From the NCBI GenBank assembly GCA_049512315.1, contig JBEKXF010000004.1, forward strand, positions 89,144 through 153,143: DNA of 64,000 bases, written 5' to 3'. Positions within the stretch are counted from its first letter, which is position 1. Every line of letters begins with the position of its first letter. Both the position numbers and the translations under genes were made by a program. Shown here piece by piece: positions 1-14,576 of this stretch. This stretch comes from Candidatus Aminicenantales bacterium. GTDB lineage: Bacteria > Acidobacteriota > Aminicenantia > Aminicenantales > Saccharicenantaceae. The notes beneath the pieces are model-generated. The model was not told the DNA's origin and made no database searches. It saw only the letters and a program-made list of their open reading frames with translations.

Positions 1-1
1 G

Positions 2-178
2 ATCGACGAGCAGGCGCGGGCCGGCGTCCGGGAGCTCAAAGCGTACGCGGCGGAGCAGGCGACGGCCCTAGCCCGGGAGAGGATCCGGAAAAGGCTGACC
101 GCCGAGGGCCAGGCGGCCCTCATCGACAAGTCCATCGAGAGACTTTCCAAGCTTCATGAAAAACCTGGTCCTCGTTAA
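2..178 (+). CDS. atpF: F0F1 ATP synthase subunit b, 3' end (partial, starts before window)
   Basis: Own translation of frame 2: IDEQARAGVRELKAYAAEQATALARERIRKRLTAEGQAALIDKSIERL...TAA at 176-178; typical b-subunit C-terminus directly upstream of delta. Confidence 0.85.
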   Translation: MDEQARAGVRELKAYAAEQATALARERIRKRLTAEGQAALIDKSIERLSKLHEKPGPR

Positions 179-698
179 AAAATACGCCCAGGGCCTCGTC
201 CAGGCGATGACGGACGAAGCCGAGTTCGAGGCCGTCCGGGCCGAGCTCCGGTTGTTTCTCGACCTCTACGCCGGCCACGATGAGCTCCGCAAAGCGCTCC
301 TGAGCCCGTTCATCAACCTCCGAACAAAAGCCCGGATCCTCCAGGACGTCCTGGCCAGGACACGGGCCGGCGGAAAAACGGCCAGGTTCCTGTCCCTTCT
401 CTTCGAGCACAAGCGGCTCGCCCTCCTCGGAGACATCGTGGCATTTCTGCCGGAAATGTGGAACGACAAGCTCGGGATCATAACCTTCGAGGTCGCCTCG
501 GTCATCCCGCTGACGGCCGTCCAGAAGAGCCGGCTCCGGGAGACGCTCGAGGCTGCGGAGGGAGGGCCCGTGAGTCTGGTCTTCAAGATCGACCCCGCAG
601 TCGTCGGGGGCCTGTCCTTGAGGAGGGGGCACATCGTCTACGACGTGTCCATCCAGGGGAATCTCGACCGGCTGAGAGAGCTAATCCAGCAAGGCTAG
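156..698 (+). CDS. atpH: ATP synthase F1 subunit delta
   Basis: KKYAQGL N-terminus and IDPAVVGGL...[13 protein letters not shown]/delta C-terminal motif; operon position. Confidence 0.95.
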   Translation: MKNLVLVKKYAQGLVQAMTDEAEFEAVRAELRLFLDLYAGHDELRKALLSPFINLRTKARILQDVLARTRAGGKTARFLSLLFEHKRLALLGDIVAFLPEMWNDKLGIITFEVASVIPLTAVQKSRLRETLEAAEGGPVSLVFKIDPAVVGGLSLRRGHIVYDVSIQGNLDRLRELIQQG

Positions 699-706
699 AG
701 GTCGCC

Positions 707-4827
<4,121 letters not shown>

Positions 4828-5561
4828 CGGCGAGACGCTGGACACCTTCTACCGGGGCCGGGTCCGGGTTTTCCAGAAAAAGCGAGGCTACCGGTTCTCG
4901 GTCGACGCACCGCTTCTCGCGGATTTCGTCCGGACGAAAAAGACCGACGACGTCCTGGACATCGGGACCGGCAGCGGGATCATCTCCCTTCTTCTGAGCT
5001 TGAAGCCGTTCCGGCACATCACCGCGCTCGAGATCCAGAAAAGCCTCGCGGACATGGCCAGGCGGAACGTCGCCCTGAACGGGCTCGGAAGCAGGATCGA
5101 CGTCATCCAGGCGGATTTCCGGGACTACGATCCCGGCCGGAAGCTTGACCTGATCGTCTCGAATCCCCCTTATATCCGGAGAGCCACGGGCTTCCTCAGC
5201 CGGGTGACCGAAAAGTCCGTCGCCAAGCACGAGATCCACGGCGAACTCGACGACCTCATACGGAAAACGGCGGAGTGGCTCAAAAGAAAGGGCCGGGCTT
5301 GTTTCATTTATCCAGAAAGGCGGCGGGAGGATCTCGCCGCGGCCGCAAGAGCGAATGGTCTTCGCGTCCGGCGGATCCAGTTCGTTCATCCGCGCGCCGG
5401 CGAGCCCGCCAACCTGTTCCTGGCCGAGCTGGGCCTCGCCGCGGGACCGGGAGCCGCGGCGGCCGAGCCGAAAGTCACGCCTGCGCTTGTCCTCTTCGGC
5501 ACCGATGGGAAATACACCGACGAGGCCGAGGCGATCTTCTCCGGCCGCCCCGAATTAAGGC

Positions 5562-6794
5562 CTATCTCTTAGCGAAGGCCGCCTCGATCTCTTTCAGGCC
5601 GACGCCGAGCACCGCCCGGGCGATCTCGTCGAGCGCCTTCTCCGGCCCTTGAATGTGGATCGTCGTGTGGATGTGGGCCAGCGTTTCCCCCGGCCTGAGG
5701 TCGGCGGCCGGCGATGACGACTCCAGCTCATAAAACGGCCCCAGAGGTTTGGCGCCGGGCGACGCCGGTCCGTCGTTGTAGCTGTTGACGACGTCCCCGG
5801 CGAAGGGGTCCTCCTGGATCTTCCACATCGAATTGACGTAGTCCATCACGCCCTCAGGGATCGTGACGTGGACGATCGTCAGGACCCTGTTCGCGGCATC
5901 GAAGCTCCCAACGAACGGCTTGACCCGCTTGGGCGACATCCCGATCTTGCTCCGGTATTTCCCGTCGCCGCTGAAAAAGAGGACGCCGTCCTTATCCCTG
6001 ACGATCAGGCGGTCCGCCGGGACCTTGCCGAAGTAGGTGTCGTTGACGATGGAACCGAGGTCCGCCTCCGGGCCAGTCTTGAACGGGATGACGATGGTCG
6101 TCGCCGGCGAGGGATTGAACATGCCCAGGATCCAGACCGAAAGAAGCCCCGTTTCCTTGGCCCAGGCCTTCTTCCCGGTATTGGTGATCCTGTTGTCGGA
6201 CGAATAGGCCACCATCTTGACCCCGGCCGGGACCGGAACTCCGAGCGCCTTGACCTCGTCCGCCTGGAGGATTATGACCTCGCGGTTGAGTTCGAGGTCG
6301 AATTCCGCGGCCGAATAATTCACCAGGTGCATATCCTTCCGGAAATGGATGCTGTCGGCTTTCCGGCTGACGATATCGTAAGCCGACTCGTTGATCGGGG
6401 GCGGAGTGAACCAGTGGTCGAGGTCGAAGGAGTCGCCCTTCTTGAAAAAGATCGAGAACTGGCCGCCCTCGGGTCCGAGCCAGAAGCGGTCCTCGCCGCC
6501 GAAGGCATTCATATGGAGATTGTTCGCGCCCGAGGCGATGAGCTCCCGGTTGATCCAGCCGAAACTCAGACCGTCGGGGCCGGCGGCCATGCTCGTCATG
6601 ACCCGGCCCTGGAGGTCGGGGTTGACAGCCACCTGGGCCAGGTTGTCCCGGGCAGTCAGGATGATGGCCTTTGTATGGGTCATGAGGAATGTCGCGTCGT
6701 CTTTAAAGAGGATGCCCTGCGGGGCTTTCGCGGATTTCCCGCAGCCCGCCGCGAGGGCGATGATTACGACTGCCGCGCAGATGCCGTATTTCAT
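5562..6794 (-). CDS. Lipoprotein, DUF6786-like
   Basis: Lipobox LAAGC; GGEDRFWLGPEGGQFSIFF and GPFYELESSSPA motifs recalled from this family. Confidence 0.65.
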   Translation of the reverse strand: MKYGICAAVVIIALAAGCGKSAKAPQGILFKDDATFLMTHTKAIILTARDNLAQVAVNPDLQGRVMTSMAAGPDGLSFGWINRELIASGANNLHMNAFGGEDRFWLGPEGGQFSIFFKKGDSFDLDHWFTPPPINESAYDIVSRKADSIHFRKDMHLVNYSAAEFDLELNREVIILQADEVKALGVPVPAGVKMVAYSSDNRITNTGKKAWAKETGLLSVWILGMFNPSPATTIVIPFKTGPEADLGSIVNDTYFGKVPADRLIVRDKDGVLFFSGDGKYRSKIGMSPKRVKPFVGSFDAANRVLTIVHVTIPEGVMDYVNSMWKIQEDPFAGDVVNSYNDGPASPGAKPLGPFYELESSSPAADLRPGETLAHIHTTIHIQGPEKALDEIARAVLGVGLKEIEAAFAKR

Positions 6795-6824
6795 GGGGGC
6801 CTCCTTTTTTGCCGGGCTTGCGCC

Positions 6825-7970
6825 TTATTTCCCGCGGCTCTCGGCGAGCCGGGCCGCGAACCATTTCCAGATCGCCTTGTTGAACTCGAGGCTCGGCGGC
6901 GTCCCCTCGAGGATCGCCCGATAGCTCGTCAACGGGTCTCCGGGCTTCTGCCTGTGGCGGGGCTCGGCGTCGAAAAGCAGGGGATGTTCCGGGTGGAACT
7001 GGACGCCGAGGACGCCGGAGTACTTCTTGTGTGCGACCGCCTCGACGATCTTCCCGTCCCGCGACGTGGCGATGGGGACGAGGTCTTTCCCGAGCTTCTC
7101 CGCCGCCTCGTGGTGGGAGCTCAGGATCCGCGGGTGGTCCGTCGTTTTGAAGCCCATGGCCGTCGTGAAGAGGCTTTTCCCGACGAGCTCGAGAGAATGG
7201 AAATTATAACCCATGAGTTTGTCGAGGGGGAAAAGCAGCCGGTAAGGGTTGTTGTGCCACTGCTCGGGGCCCAGGGCGATCACGTCCTCGACCGTGGTCT
7301 TGCCATACACCTCGGCCCAGATGTCTTGGATGAGCGTCCCGCCCGTGCCCACGTTCAGGGTCTGGAAGCCCAGGCAGATTCCCAAGATGGGGAAACGCGG
7401 TCGTGCGTCGAGAAGAGGACTGAATTTTTCGTCCTGGAACCCTCCGAGCAGGTGGAAGACGGCCGAAACCTCGAAGTAATGGCGATAAGGGTCCGTGATC
7501 TCCGTCAGGAGATTCGTCTTTTCCCCGAAGACCGCCGGTGGAATATCGGGCCCGCCGAAGAAGATGACCCCGTCGGCCTTCTTGACGATCTCGGCGAATT
7601 CGGGCGTGCAGGCGTTCTTCTTAAAGACGACGGACTCGCTGATCTCCGCGGACACCTCGTGAAACTTGAACCAGTCGAGGCCGTTGTCGGCGACGTATTT
7701 CCGCGACTCCTCGAAGTTCCCGGCCTGCTTGACGTGATAGATGCCGATGACAATGAGGTTGGGGATGTTGAATGTCCCGTTTTTCCGGAGAGTGGCCAGG
7801 GCCCGGATGTTGAAGACCTCAGGATTGAAGATGACGAGATGAACTCTTCCGTCCTTCACGGAGAGCTGGTCAAGGGCTCGGTCCGGTGTCTGTGCCCGGG
7901 CCGGAAGGCACAAGCCCGTGGCCAGGCAGAGGATCCCGGCAATGATGTTCAGGACAGCGCGTCTTCTCAT
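6825..7970 (-). CDS. Exported glutamine amidotransferase / peptidase C26 (gamma-glutamyl-gamma-aminobutyrate hydrolase-like)
   Basis: Signal peptide; FFGGPDI, PILGICLGFQTLNV (Cys), SSHHEA, GVQFHPE (His-Glu). Confidence 0.85.
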   Translation of the reverse strand: MRRRAVLNIIAGILCLATGLCLPARAQTPDRALDQLSVKDGRVHLVIFNPEVFNIRALATLRKNGTFNIPNLIVIGIYHVKQAGNFEESRKYVADNGLDWFKFHEVSAEISESVVFKKNACTPEFAEIVKKADGVIFFGGPDIPPAVFGEKTNLLTEITDPYRHYFEVSAVFHLLGGFQDEKFSPLLDARPRFPILGICLGFQTLNVGTGGTLIQDIWAEVYGKTTVEDVIALGPEQWHNNPYRLLFPLDKLMGYNFHSLELVGKSLFTTAMGFKTTDHPRILSSHHEAAEKLGKDLVPIATSRDGKIVEAVAHKKYSGVLGVQFHPEHPLLFDAEPRHRQKPGDPLTSYRAILEGTPPSLEFNKAIWKWFAARLAESRGK

Positions 7971-8212
7971 TCTGTTCTCCCGTGTCGATGCTCGGACTCG
8001 CGGCCATTATAATGATTTCCCCGCGGCTTTCGCAACAAGCCGCCCGAACCTGGGATGGCCGGGAGGCCCGCTCTTTAGCGGACGGAGAGGAAGCGCCATC
8101 GGGAGGTTTGGTTCATGCCCCGTAATTCCGCGCCCTTGCCCGAAGGCGATTTCTGCCCGGGCCAAGCGCAAACGGCGGGCGAATGATATAATAGAAGATG
8201 AAGGAAGCGGTC

Positions 8213-8512
8213 ATGGACTCCGATCTGCCTGATCCGAACGGCCCCCGGCACCGTTGGGAGCCGGCCCACGTCGAATGCTGCTCGGGCTACCGGGACGAGG
8301 AAACGCCCCGGGCGGTCTTTCTCGGCGGGATCCGCTTTCCTGTGGCCGAGGTCCTCTCCAGGCAGCGCGTCCGCGACAGCCGGACGGGTCTGACCACCGA
8401 GACCTTCCAATGCCGGCTGGAGGCCGGCTGGCCGGTTTCGCTCGAGCGGTCGGAGGACGGCTCGTGGCGGGTCCGCCGGAGCGCCTCCTTCTTCTGCGGC
8501 GGCAACAAATAG
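8213..8512 (+). CDS. Small hypothetical protein
   Basis: ATG 8213 after AAGGA, TATAAT at 8187-8192; protein-like sequence VECCSGYRDEETPRAVFLGG; alternative start 8198. Confidence 0.6.
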   Translation: MDSDLPDPNGPRHRWEPAHVECCSGYRDEETPRAVFLGGIRFPVAEVLSRQRVRDSRTGLTTETFQCRLEAGWPVSLERSEDGSWRVRRSASFFCGGNK

Positions 8513-8557
8513 GCGGAAGACTCCCCGCGCCGCCGCTCATGACCCCTCGAACGTTCG

Positions 8558-8587
8558 TGGACGGGACAGACTCGGGCGCCGTATAAT
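8558..8587 (+). promoter_or_regulatory. sigma70-type promoter of mfd (probably leaderless)
   Basis: TGGACG-18-TATAAT (8582-8587), 6 nt before the GTG start at 8594. Confidence 0.6.
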
Positions 8588-8593
8588 AGCCGG

Positions 8594-11500
8594 GTGAGCC
8601 TCGATTTCCTTTTCCGCACGGACGAGTTCAAGGACCTCGTCCGGGCCGTGGCCGACGGTGAGCGGCCGCTCTCTGTCCAAGGCGTCATCGACCCGGCCAA
8701 GCCCTACGTCATCTCCTGCCTGGCCATGGAAGCCCGAAGGCCGGTCGTTATTATCCGCGCCTCGTCGGCACCCCTGACCTCGCTCGAGGATGAGTGCCGG
8801 TTCTTCCTCTCCCGGCTCTCTTCCTCACTCCGGCTGACGACTCTCCCAGCCCTAGCCGACAATCCGTATTTTGAAGTCCCTCCCGCCCTCGACGCCGTTT
8901 CCTCGCGGATGAGGTTTTTCCACGGACTTCTCCACGCGCCTCCCTCGATCATCTTCACCAGCCTGCCCGGACTCTTAAAGCCGTTCCCCGGCCCGGCCGA
9001 TCTAAAGGGGCTGTTTCTGGACCTCGAGCTCGGGGCCGCCGCCGACCGTGACGAAATTCTCGATACCCTCTCCCGCTACGGATACGCCCGCGAAGACCTG
9101 ATCGCCTCCCCGGGCGAGTACGCCTGGCGCGGCGGGATCGTCGACGTCTTCTCGCCCTGGGAGGCCAATCCTTTCCGGATCGAGCTCGCCGGCTCCGAGA
9201 TTGCATCCCTCCGCGAGTTCGATATCTCCAGCCAGAGGTCCCTGAAAAAGATCGAGCGGCTGACCGTTCCCGGGCTCCGGGAATTCCCGGCCGGCCCCGA
9301 TTTTCTGGAAAGCTGGAAGGCGGCGGCCCGCAAGCGCGCCAGGGGGGGCGGCCGCGACCTGGACGCCAAGATTGCGGCCCTGGAGCGCGGCGAGTTCGCC
9401 CCCAGCTTCTCGTCCCTCGCCCTCCTCGAGAAGGCCCGCTTCGTCCCGTTCGCCGATTATCTCCACGACGCCGTTTACGTCGTGGACCGCCCGGAAGAGG
9501 TGGAGCAGAGCTTCGAGGAAAGCCTCAAGGAGCTCCAGGACCAGTACGCGGACCTGCTGGTCGGCGGGACCTTCGCCCTGCCCCCCGACGAGATCTTCCC
9601 GCCCCGGCTCTGGGACCGGGTCCGGGAGGAGGCCGTCCGGTTCGAGGAATTCGCCCCGCCCGCCGGCAAAAGGTCCTTTTCCTTCTCCTTCCAGTCCGTG
9701 CCCCGGTTCGACAACAAGATCCCTTTTTTCCTCCAGTACCTGAAAAAACTTCAGGCCGAGGGAGACCTCTGTTCGATCTATCTTTCGAACCCGGGGACCC
9801 GGCATCGCCTGGCGACGCTGCTGCGGGAGAACGAGGTCCCCGTCCTCGAAGCCGAATCGGCCACGGCTGTCCCGCCGCGGTTCGAGATTGCCCTCCTCCT
9901 CGGCAGCCTCGACCGCGGGTTCAGCTACCCGAAGGAAAAGGTCAACTTCTTCGCCGAGAAGGACGTTTTCACCGAGGAAAAGGTCATCGTCAGCCGCGCT
10001 TCGCGGAAAGCGTTCTTCTCCCAGTTCCAGGACCTCAAGGCCGGCGACCACGTCGTCCACACGGACTACGGCATCGGCATCTTCAGCGGTCTCCAGAGGG
10101 TGGAGGTCGAGGGCCGGGGCCGGGAGTTCATCGAGATCTTTTATCGGGACGGCGACAAGCTCCTCGTCCCTGTCGAGGACCTGAACCTCGTCCAGAAGTT
10201 CTCCAAGGCCGGCTCCGACCTCCCCCTGCTCGACAAGCTGGGGACGATGACCTGGGAGAAGACGAAGACCCGGGCCAAGAAGGCCGTCGAGGCCGTCGCC
10301 AAAGAGCTCGTGGAGCTCTACGCCCGCCGCCGCGCCCTTAAAGGCTACTCTTTTACGCCTGGCGGGGAGTGGGAGGAGGAATTCGAGAAGATCTTCGAGT
10401 ACGACGAGACCGAGGACCAACTCCGGTCGATCGAGGAGATCCTCCGGGACATGGAATCCGAGTCCCCGATGGACCGCCTCCTCTGCGGCGACGTCGGCTA
10501 CGGGAAGACCGAGGTGGCGATGCGGGCCGCGTTCAAGGCGGTCATGGACGGCAAGCAGGTCGCCGTCCTTTGCCCGACGACCGTCCTGGCCAGCCAGCAC
10601 CTCAAGACCTTCCGGGAGCGGATGGTCCTCTTCCCGGTCCGGGTCGAGGCCCTGACGAGACTGCAGTCGGCGAAGGACCAGAAGGCCGTCGTCGCCGACA
10701 TCCGGAGCGGGTTCGTCGACGTCGTCATCGGCACCCACCGTCTCCTCTCCAAGGACGTCGCCTTCAAGGACCTCGGCCTGCTCATCGTGGACGAGGAGCA
10801 GAGGTTCGGCGTCGGGCACAAGGAGAAGATCAAGCAGCTCAGGGCCACGATCGACGTCCTGACCCTGACGGCGACCCCCATCCCGCGGACCCTGAACATG
10901 TCCCTTTCGGGGCTCCGGGACATCAGCCTGATCGAGACGCCGCCCCGGGACAGGCTGGCCGTCCACACGGTCGTGACGCCTTTCAACGCCAAGCTCATCG
11001 CCGCGGCCATCCGTCAGGAGCTCAGCCGGGGCGGCCAGGCCTACTACATCCACAACCGGATCGAGGACATCGACAAAGTGGCCGACCTCGTCGTGAAGCT
11101 CGTCCCCCAGGCCCGGGTCGTGACCGTCCACGGCCAGATGACGAGCTCCGCCCTGGAGAAACGCATGCTGGAGTTCGTCGAGCACCGGGCGGACGTCCTG
11201 GTCTCGACGACGATCATCGAGAACGGCATCGACATCCCGCTCACGAACACCCTGATCGTGGACCGGGCCGACCTCTACGGGCTGGCCCAGCTCTATCAGC
11301 TCCGGGGCCGGGTGGGCCGGTCCTCGCGCCAGGCCTTCGCTTATTTCCTGGTGCCGCCCTATATGGAGCTGACGCCGCTCGCCAAGGAGCGTCTCAAGGC
11401 CCTCAAGGAATTCAGTGAGCTGGGGTCCGGCTTCCGCCTGGCCGCCAAGGACCTGGAGATTCGGGGCGCCGGGAACCTGCTCGGCCACCGTCAGCACGGC

Positions 11501-12016
11501 TCCATGGAGGCCGTCGGCTTCGACTATTACATGCAGCTTCTCGACCAGGCGATCCGGGAGCTCAAGGGCGAGCGGGTCGAGGAAGCCAACGTCGAGATCA
11601 ACCTCAAGGTGGACATCCGCATCCCCGAGGACTACCTCCCCCAGATCAACCTGCGGCTCAACCTCTACAAGCGGCTGGCGTCGGTCGATGACCTCCGGGA
11701 GATCGAGAAGATCCGGGAGGACGTCCGGGACCGCTTCGGGCCCGTGCCGGAGACGATCGAGAACCTCCTCCGCTACGGGACGATCAAGAACCTGGCCCGG
11801 AAGCTCCGGATCCGGACGATCGACCGGAGCGGGAACCGGGTCGTTCTCAGGTTTCTGCCCGCGACTCCCGTGGATTGGGCCAGGGTGCCGGCCCTCCTCA
11901 AGAGATACTCCGGGTCTCTCTCGCCGGAGGGCGTGATGTCGCTCGGCATCCGGGCGGAGAAGGAGCGGGAGCTCCTCGACGAAACAATCCGGGTCTTGAT
12001 GGAGTTATCCGGATAG
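8594..12016 (+). CDS. mfd: Transcription-repair coupling factor
   Basis: UvrB-like N-terminus (RGGIVDVF), RID domain (VVHTDYGIG), CGDVGYGKTEVAMRAAF, DEEQRFG, QLRGRVGRS, TRCF C-terminus. Confidence 0.98.
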   Translation: MSLDFLFRTDEFKDLVRAVADGERPLSVQGVIDPAKPYVISCLAMEARRPVVIIRASSAPLTSLEDECRFFLSRLSSSLRLTTLPALADNPYFEVPPALDAVSSRMRFFHGLLHAPPSIIFTSLPGLLKPFPGPADLKGLFLDLELGAAADRDEILDTLSRYGYAREDLIASPGEYAWRGGIVDVFSPWEANPFRIELAGSEIASLREFDISSQRSLKKIERLTVPGLREFPAGPDFLESWKAAARKRARGGGRDLDAKIAALERGEFAPSFSSLALLEKARFVPFADYLHDAVYVVDRPEEVEQSFEESLKELQDQYADLLVGGTFALPPDEIFPPRLWDRVREEAVRFEEFAPPAGKRSFSFSFQSVPRFDNKIPFFLQYLKKLQAEGDLCSIYLSNPGTRHRLATLLRENEVPVLEAESATAVPPRFEIALLLGSLDRGFSYPKEKVNFFAEKDVFTEEKVIVSRASRKAFFSQFQDLKAGDHVVHTDYGIGIFSGLQRVEVEGRGREFIEIFYRDGDKLLVPVEDLNLVQKFSKAGSDLPLLDKLGTMTWEKTKTRAKKAVEAVAKELVELYARRRALKGYSFTPGGEWEEEFEKIFEYDETEDQLRSIEEILRDMESESPMDRLLCGDVGYGKTEVAMRAAFKAVMDGKQVAVLCPTTVLASQHLKTFRERMVLFPVRVEALTRLQSAKDQKAVVADIRSGFVDVVIGTHRLLSKDVAFKDLGLLIVDEEQRFGVGHKEKIKQLRATIDVLTLTATPIPRTLNMSLSGLRDISLIETPPRDRLAVHTVVTPFNAKLIAAAIRQELSRGGQAYYIHNRIEDIDKVADLVVKLVPQARVVTVHGQMTSSALEKRMLEFVEHRADVLVSTTIIENGIDIPLTNTLIVDRADLYGLAQLYQLRGRVGRSSRQAFAYFLVPPYMELTPLAKERLKALKEFSELGSGFRLAAKDLEIRGAGNLLGHRQHGSMEAVGFDYYMQLLDQAIRELKGERVEEANVEINLKVDIRIPEDYLPQINLRLNLYKRLASVDDLREIEKIREDVRDRFGPVPETIENLLRYGTIKNLARKLRIRTIDRSGNRVVLRFLPATPVDWARVPALLKRYSGSLSPEGVMSLGIRAEKERELLDETIRVLMELSG

Positions 12017-12024
12017 ATTATAAT
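11996..12024 (+). promoter_or_regulatory. sigma70-type promoter at mfd 3' end for the PPIase pair
   Basis: TTGATG-17-TATAAT (12019-12024). Confidence 0.6.
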
Positions 12025-12051
12025 GAGTTGATATTAAAAAAGATGTGCGGA

Positions 12052-13029
12052 ATGAAGAGCGTCCGAAGAACAGCCCCGGCCGTCCTCGCGGTCGTCTTTC
12101 TCCTCGCGTCCGGCTGCGGCCGCGGGGGGGAGAAGGCGGGACCCGTCGCCAAGATCAGCAATTTCGTCCAGGCGAAGCTCGGGCGCGGGCCCATCCTCAG
12201 GGTCGAGTCCCGGGAGTTCTCGAACGACGACCTCCAAGCCTACATCAGGACGACGGGCGGGAACGAGGCCAAGGGTCTCTCGGCGGCCTCCCTGAGCCGC
12301 CTTTTCGACAGGTTCGTCGATGACAGGATCCTGCTCGAAGCGGCCCGGCAGCGGAACCTGAGCCTGACCTGGGACGAAAAAAAGAGCTACCTGGCCAAGC
12401 GGGCCGGCGAAATAGGTACCGGCCAGGCCCCCCCTGAGCCGGATGTTGCCGGGCCGGACAGCATGTTCGACGGCCTCCTCGTCGACAAGTATACCTATCA
12501 GGTCGTCAAGGACATCCACGCCGACGATGCCGAGGTCCAGGCCTACTACGACCTGCACAAGAAGGATTTCCTCCTTCCGGAGCGGGTCCAGGTGAGCCAG
12601 GTCCTGGTCCCGACCGAGCAGCGGGCCGTCGCGGCCCTGAGGAGGGTCGAGAACGCCTCCGAGGCGGAGTTCCGGAAAGTGGCCCGGGAAGAATCCTCGG
12701 GACCCGAGGCCTTCAAGGGCGGCGTGATGGGGATCTACAGGCAGGGCGACCTTCCCTACGACATGGAAAAAGTGATTTTCGCCCTGAACGAGGGGAAGGT
12801 CAGCCAGGTCGTCGAATCGTCCTACGGATACCACGTTTTCCGGCTGGACAAGAAGTTCCCCCCCCAGCTTCAGTCTTTGGCCGACGCGGCGCCGGCGATC
12901 CGGATCAAGGTCCTCGAACAGAGGATCAAGGATGCGCTGGCCGCCCATCTCGAGGGATTGAAAGATACCCTGAGCTGGAAGACCTTTCCCGAAAACCTAT
13001 TCTTCGTTTACCAGAGGTTGGACCAATGA
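12052..13029 (+). CDS. Parvulin (PpiC-type) peptidyl-prolyl isomerase lipoprotein
   Basis: Lipobox LASGC; ERVQVSQVLV, FRKVAREES, KGGVMG, VVESSYGYHVFRL; start 12043 also possible. Confidence 0.88.
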   Translation: MKSVRRTAPAVLAVVFLLASGCGRGGEKAGPVAKISNFVQAKLGRGPILRVESREFSNDDLQAYIRTTGGNEAKGLSAASLSRLFDRFVDDRILLEAARQRNLSLTWDEKKSYLAKRAGEIGTGQAPPEPDVAGPDSMFDGLLVDKYTYQVVKDIHADDAEVQAYYDLHKKDFLLPERVQVSQVLVPTEQRAVAALRRVENASEAEFRKVAREESSGPEAFKGGVMGIYRQGDLPYDMEKVIFALNEGKVSQVVESSYGYHVFRLDKKFPPQLQSLADAAPAIRIKVLEQRIKDALAAHLEGLKDTLSWKTFPENLFFVYQRLDQ

Positions 13030-14003
13030 AAAAAGCCCTCGCCTATCTGATCGTCACGGGGATCGCCGGAGCGGCGCTCCTCGCCGCCGCGCCCCAGGTC
13101 GTCGAGGAGATCGTGGCCGTCGTCAACGACGAGATCATTACCCTCTCCCAGTACAAGCAGCTGTTCGAGCTCCAGGTTCAGCAGCTCAAGGCCCAGAACC
13201 TGCCGCAGGAGGAATATGACAAGCAGTACAAGCTCGTCAGGAGCGAGCTCCTCAACATGATGATCACGGAGACCCTCATCCTCCAGCAGGCCAAGGAGAA
13301 GAATCTCAGCATCAGCGAAGAGCTCAAGAACAACCTCGCCGCCCTCAAGAAGGAGAACAATTTCACCTCGGACGAAGAGCTCCGCCGGGCCGTCGAGCAG
13401 CAGGGGATCCCCTACGAACAGTGGCTCAAGCAGTTCCAGGAATCCCTCCTCAAGCAGATGGTCATGGTCTCCGAGGTGTACCGGTCCATCGTCCTGGACG
13501 AATCGGAGGTCGTCCAGTATTACAAGCAGCATCCCCAGGAGTTCACGGTCCCCACGGAATACAAGCTTCGCGCCGTCTACCTGGCCACGGAGCACCGGAC
13601 GCCCGAGGCCCTCGAAGCTCTCAAGGCGGAGGCGAGCAGCAAGCTTAAGGATGGAGGGGCCTTCCCGGACGTGGCCGCGGCGCTTTCGGACTCTCCCGTG
13701 AAGGAAGCCAAGGGCGACCTGGGAACGCTCAAGAAGGGCGAGCTCGACAAGACCCTGGAGGAAGCCGTCGATAAGCTGAAGGCCGGCGAAATCGGCCCCT
13801 GGGTGGCGGCCAAGAACGGTTGGTACCTGCTCAAGCTCGAGGAGAAGAAAGAAAGCTACCTGAGGACTTTCGACGACGCCCGGTCCGAAGTCCAGGAGAA
13901 ACTCCTGGCCGGCAAGCGCCAGAAGAAAGCCGAAGATTACATCGCCTCGCTCAAGGCCCAGAGTTACATCAAGATCCTGAAGCCCAACCCGCTCGATTAC
14001 TGA
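13026..14003 (+). CDS. SurA-like chaperone / parvulin PPIase
   Basis: Signal peptide, VEEIVAVVNDEIIT SurA N-domain, KGDLG...GWYLLKL rotamase domain. Confidence 0.88.
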   Translation: MKKALAYLIVTGIAGAALLAAAPQVVEEIVAVVNDEIITLSQYKQLFELQVQQLKAQNLPQEEYDKQYKLVRSELLNMMITETLILQQAKEKNLSISEELKNNLAALKKENNFTSDEELRRAVEQQGIPYEQWLKQFQESLLKQMVMVSEVYRSIVLDESEVVQYYKQHPQEFTVPTEYKLRAVYLATEHRTPEALEALKAEASSKLKDGGAFPDVAAALSDSPVKEAKGDLGTLKKGELDKTLEEAVDKLKAGEIGPWVAAKNGWYLLKLEEKKESYLRTFDDARSEVQEKLLAGKRQKKAEDYIASLKAQSYIKILKPNPLDY

Positions 14004-14016
14004 TCTTATTACGGAA

Positions 14017-14559
14017 TTATGAGATGAGGACAGCGGCTGCCAGGGCCGTCGTCCACAGCCCCTGCTCTCCCGTCGCCGTCCGGGAGATGCTCCGCGTCTC
14101 GAGAGAGAGCCCGTTCGAGATCCTGTAGGCCCGGCGGCCTGACACGGGATCCTTCAACTTCCCACCCATCTTCGTGGCCAGCATTTCGGCGGCCAGGTAT
14201 TCGGTGTAGAGCCCGGCCTCCTTTTCGGTCGGCCCGCCGCCTTCGTGCTCGGCGAGGTAGCCGAAGCAGGACGGGTCCTCCGGGATGGCCATCCCGATCG
14301 AGGCCGAGACGAGCCGGCCGGCCTCGTCGGTCGCGCTCTCGCTCAGGACCACAAAGAGGATCTGGCCCGGCTTGAGGAGCTTCACTCCGTCCTCCCGCGA
14401 GACGAGCCGGCAGTGCGGGGGATAGATGCTTGAAACCCGGACGAGGTTGAACGGGGCGATCCCCGCCTGCCGGAGGGCCTTCTCGAAGCTGACCAGCTTT
14501 TCCTTGTGCTGCCCCCGGCCCCGGGTCAGGAACACTTTCGAGGGAACGATGACGCTCAT
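14017..14559 (-). CDS. pdaD: Pyruvoyl-dependent arginine decarboxylase
   Basis: VPSKVFLTRG, SFEKAL..AGIAPFNLVRVSSI self-cleavage site, WTTALAAAV. Confidence 0.9.
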   Translation of the reverse strand: MSVIVPSKVFLTRGRGQHKEKLVSFEKALRQAGIAPFNLVRVSSIYPPHCRLVSREDGVKLLKPGQILFVVLSESATDEAGRLVSASIGMAIPEDPSCFGYLAEHEGGGPTEKEAGLYTEYLAAEMLATKMGGKLKDPVSGRRAYRISNGLSLETRSISRTATGEQGLWTTALAAAVLIS

Positions 14560-14576
14560 GGCTCTGGCTCTCCGGC

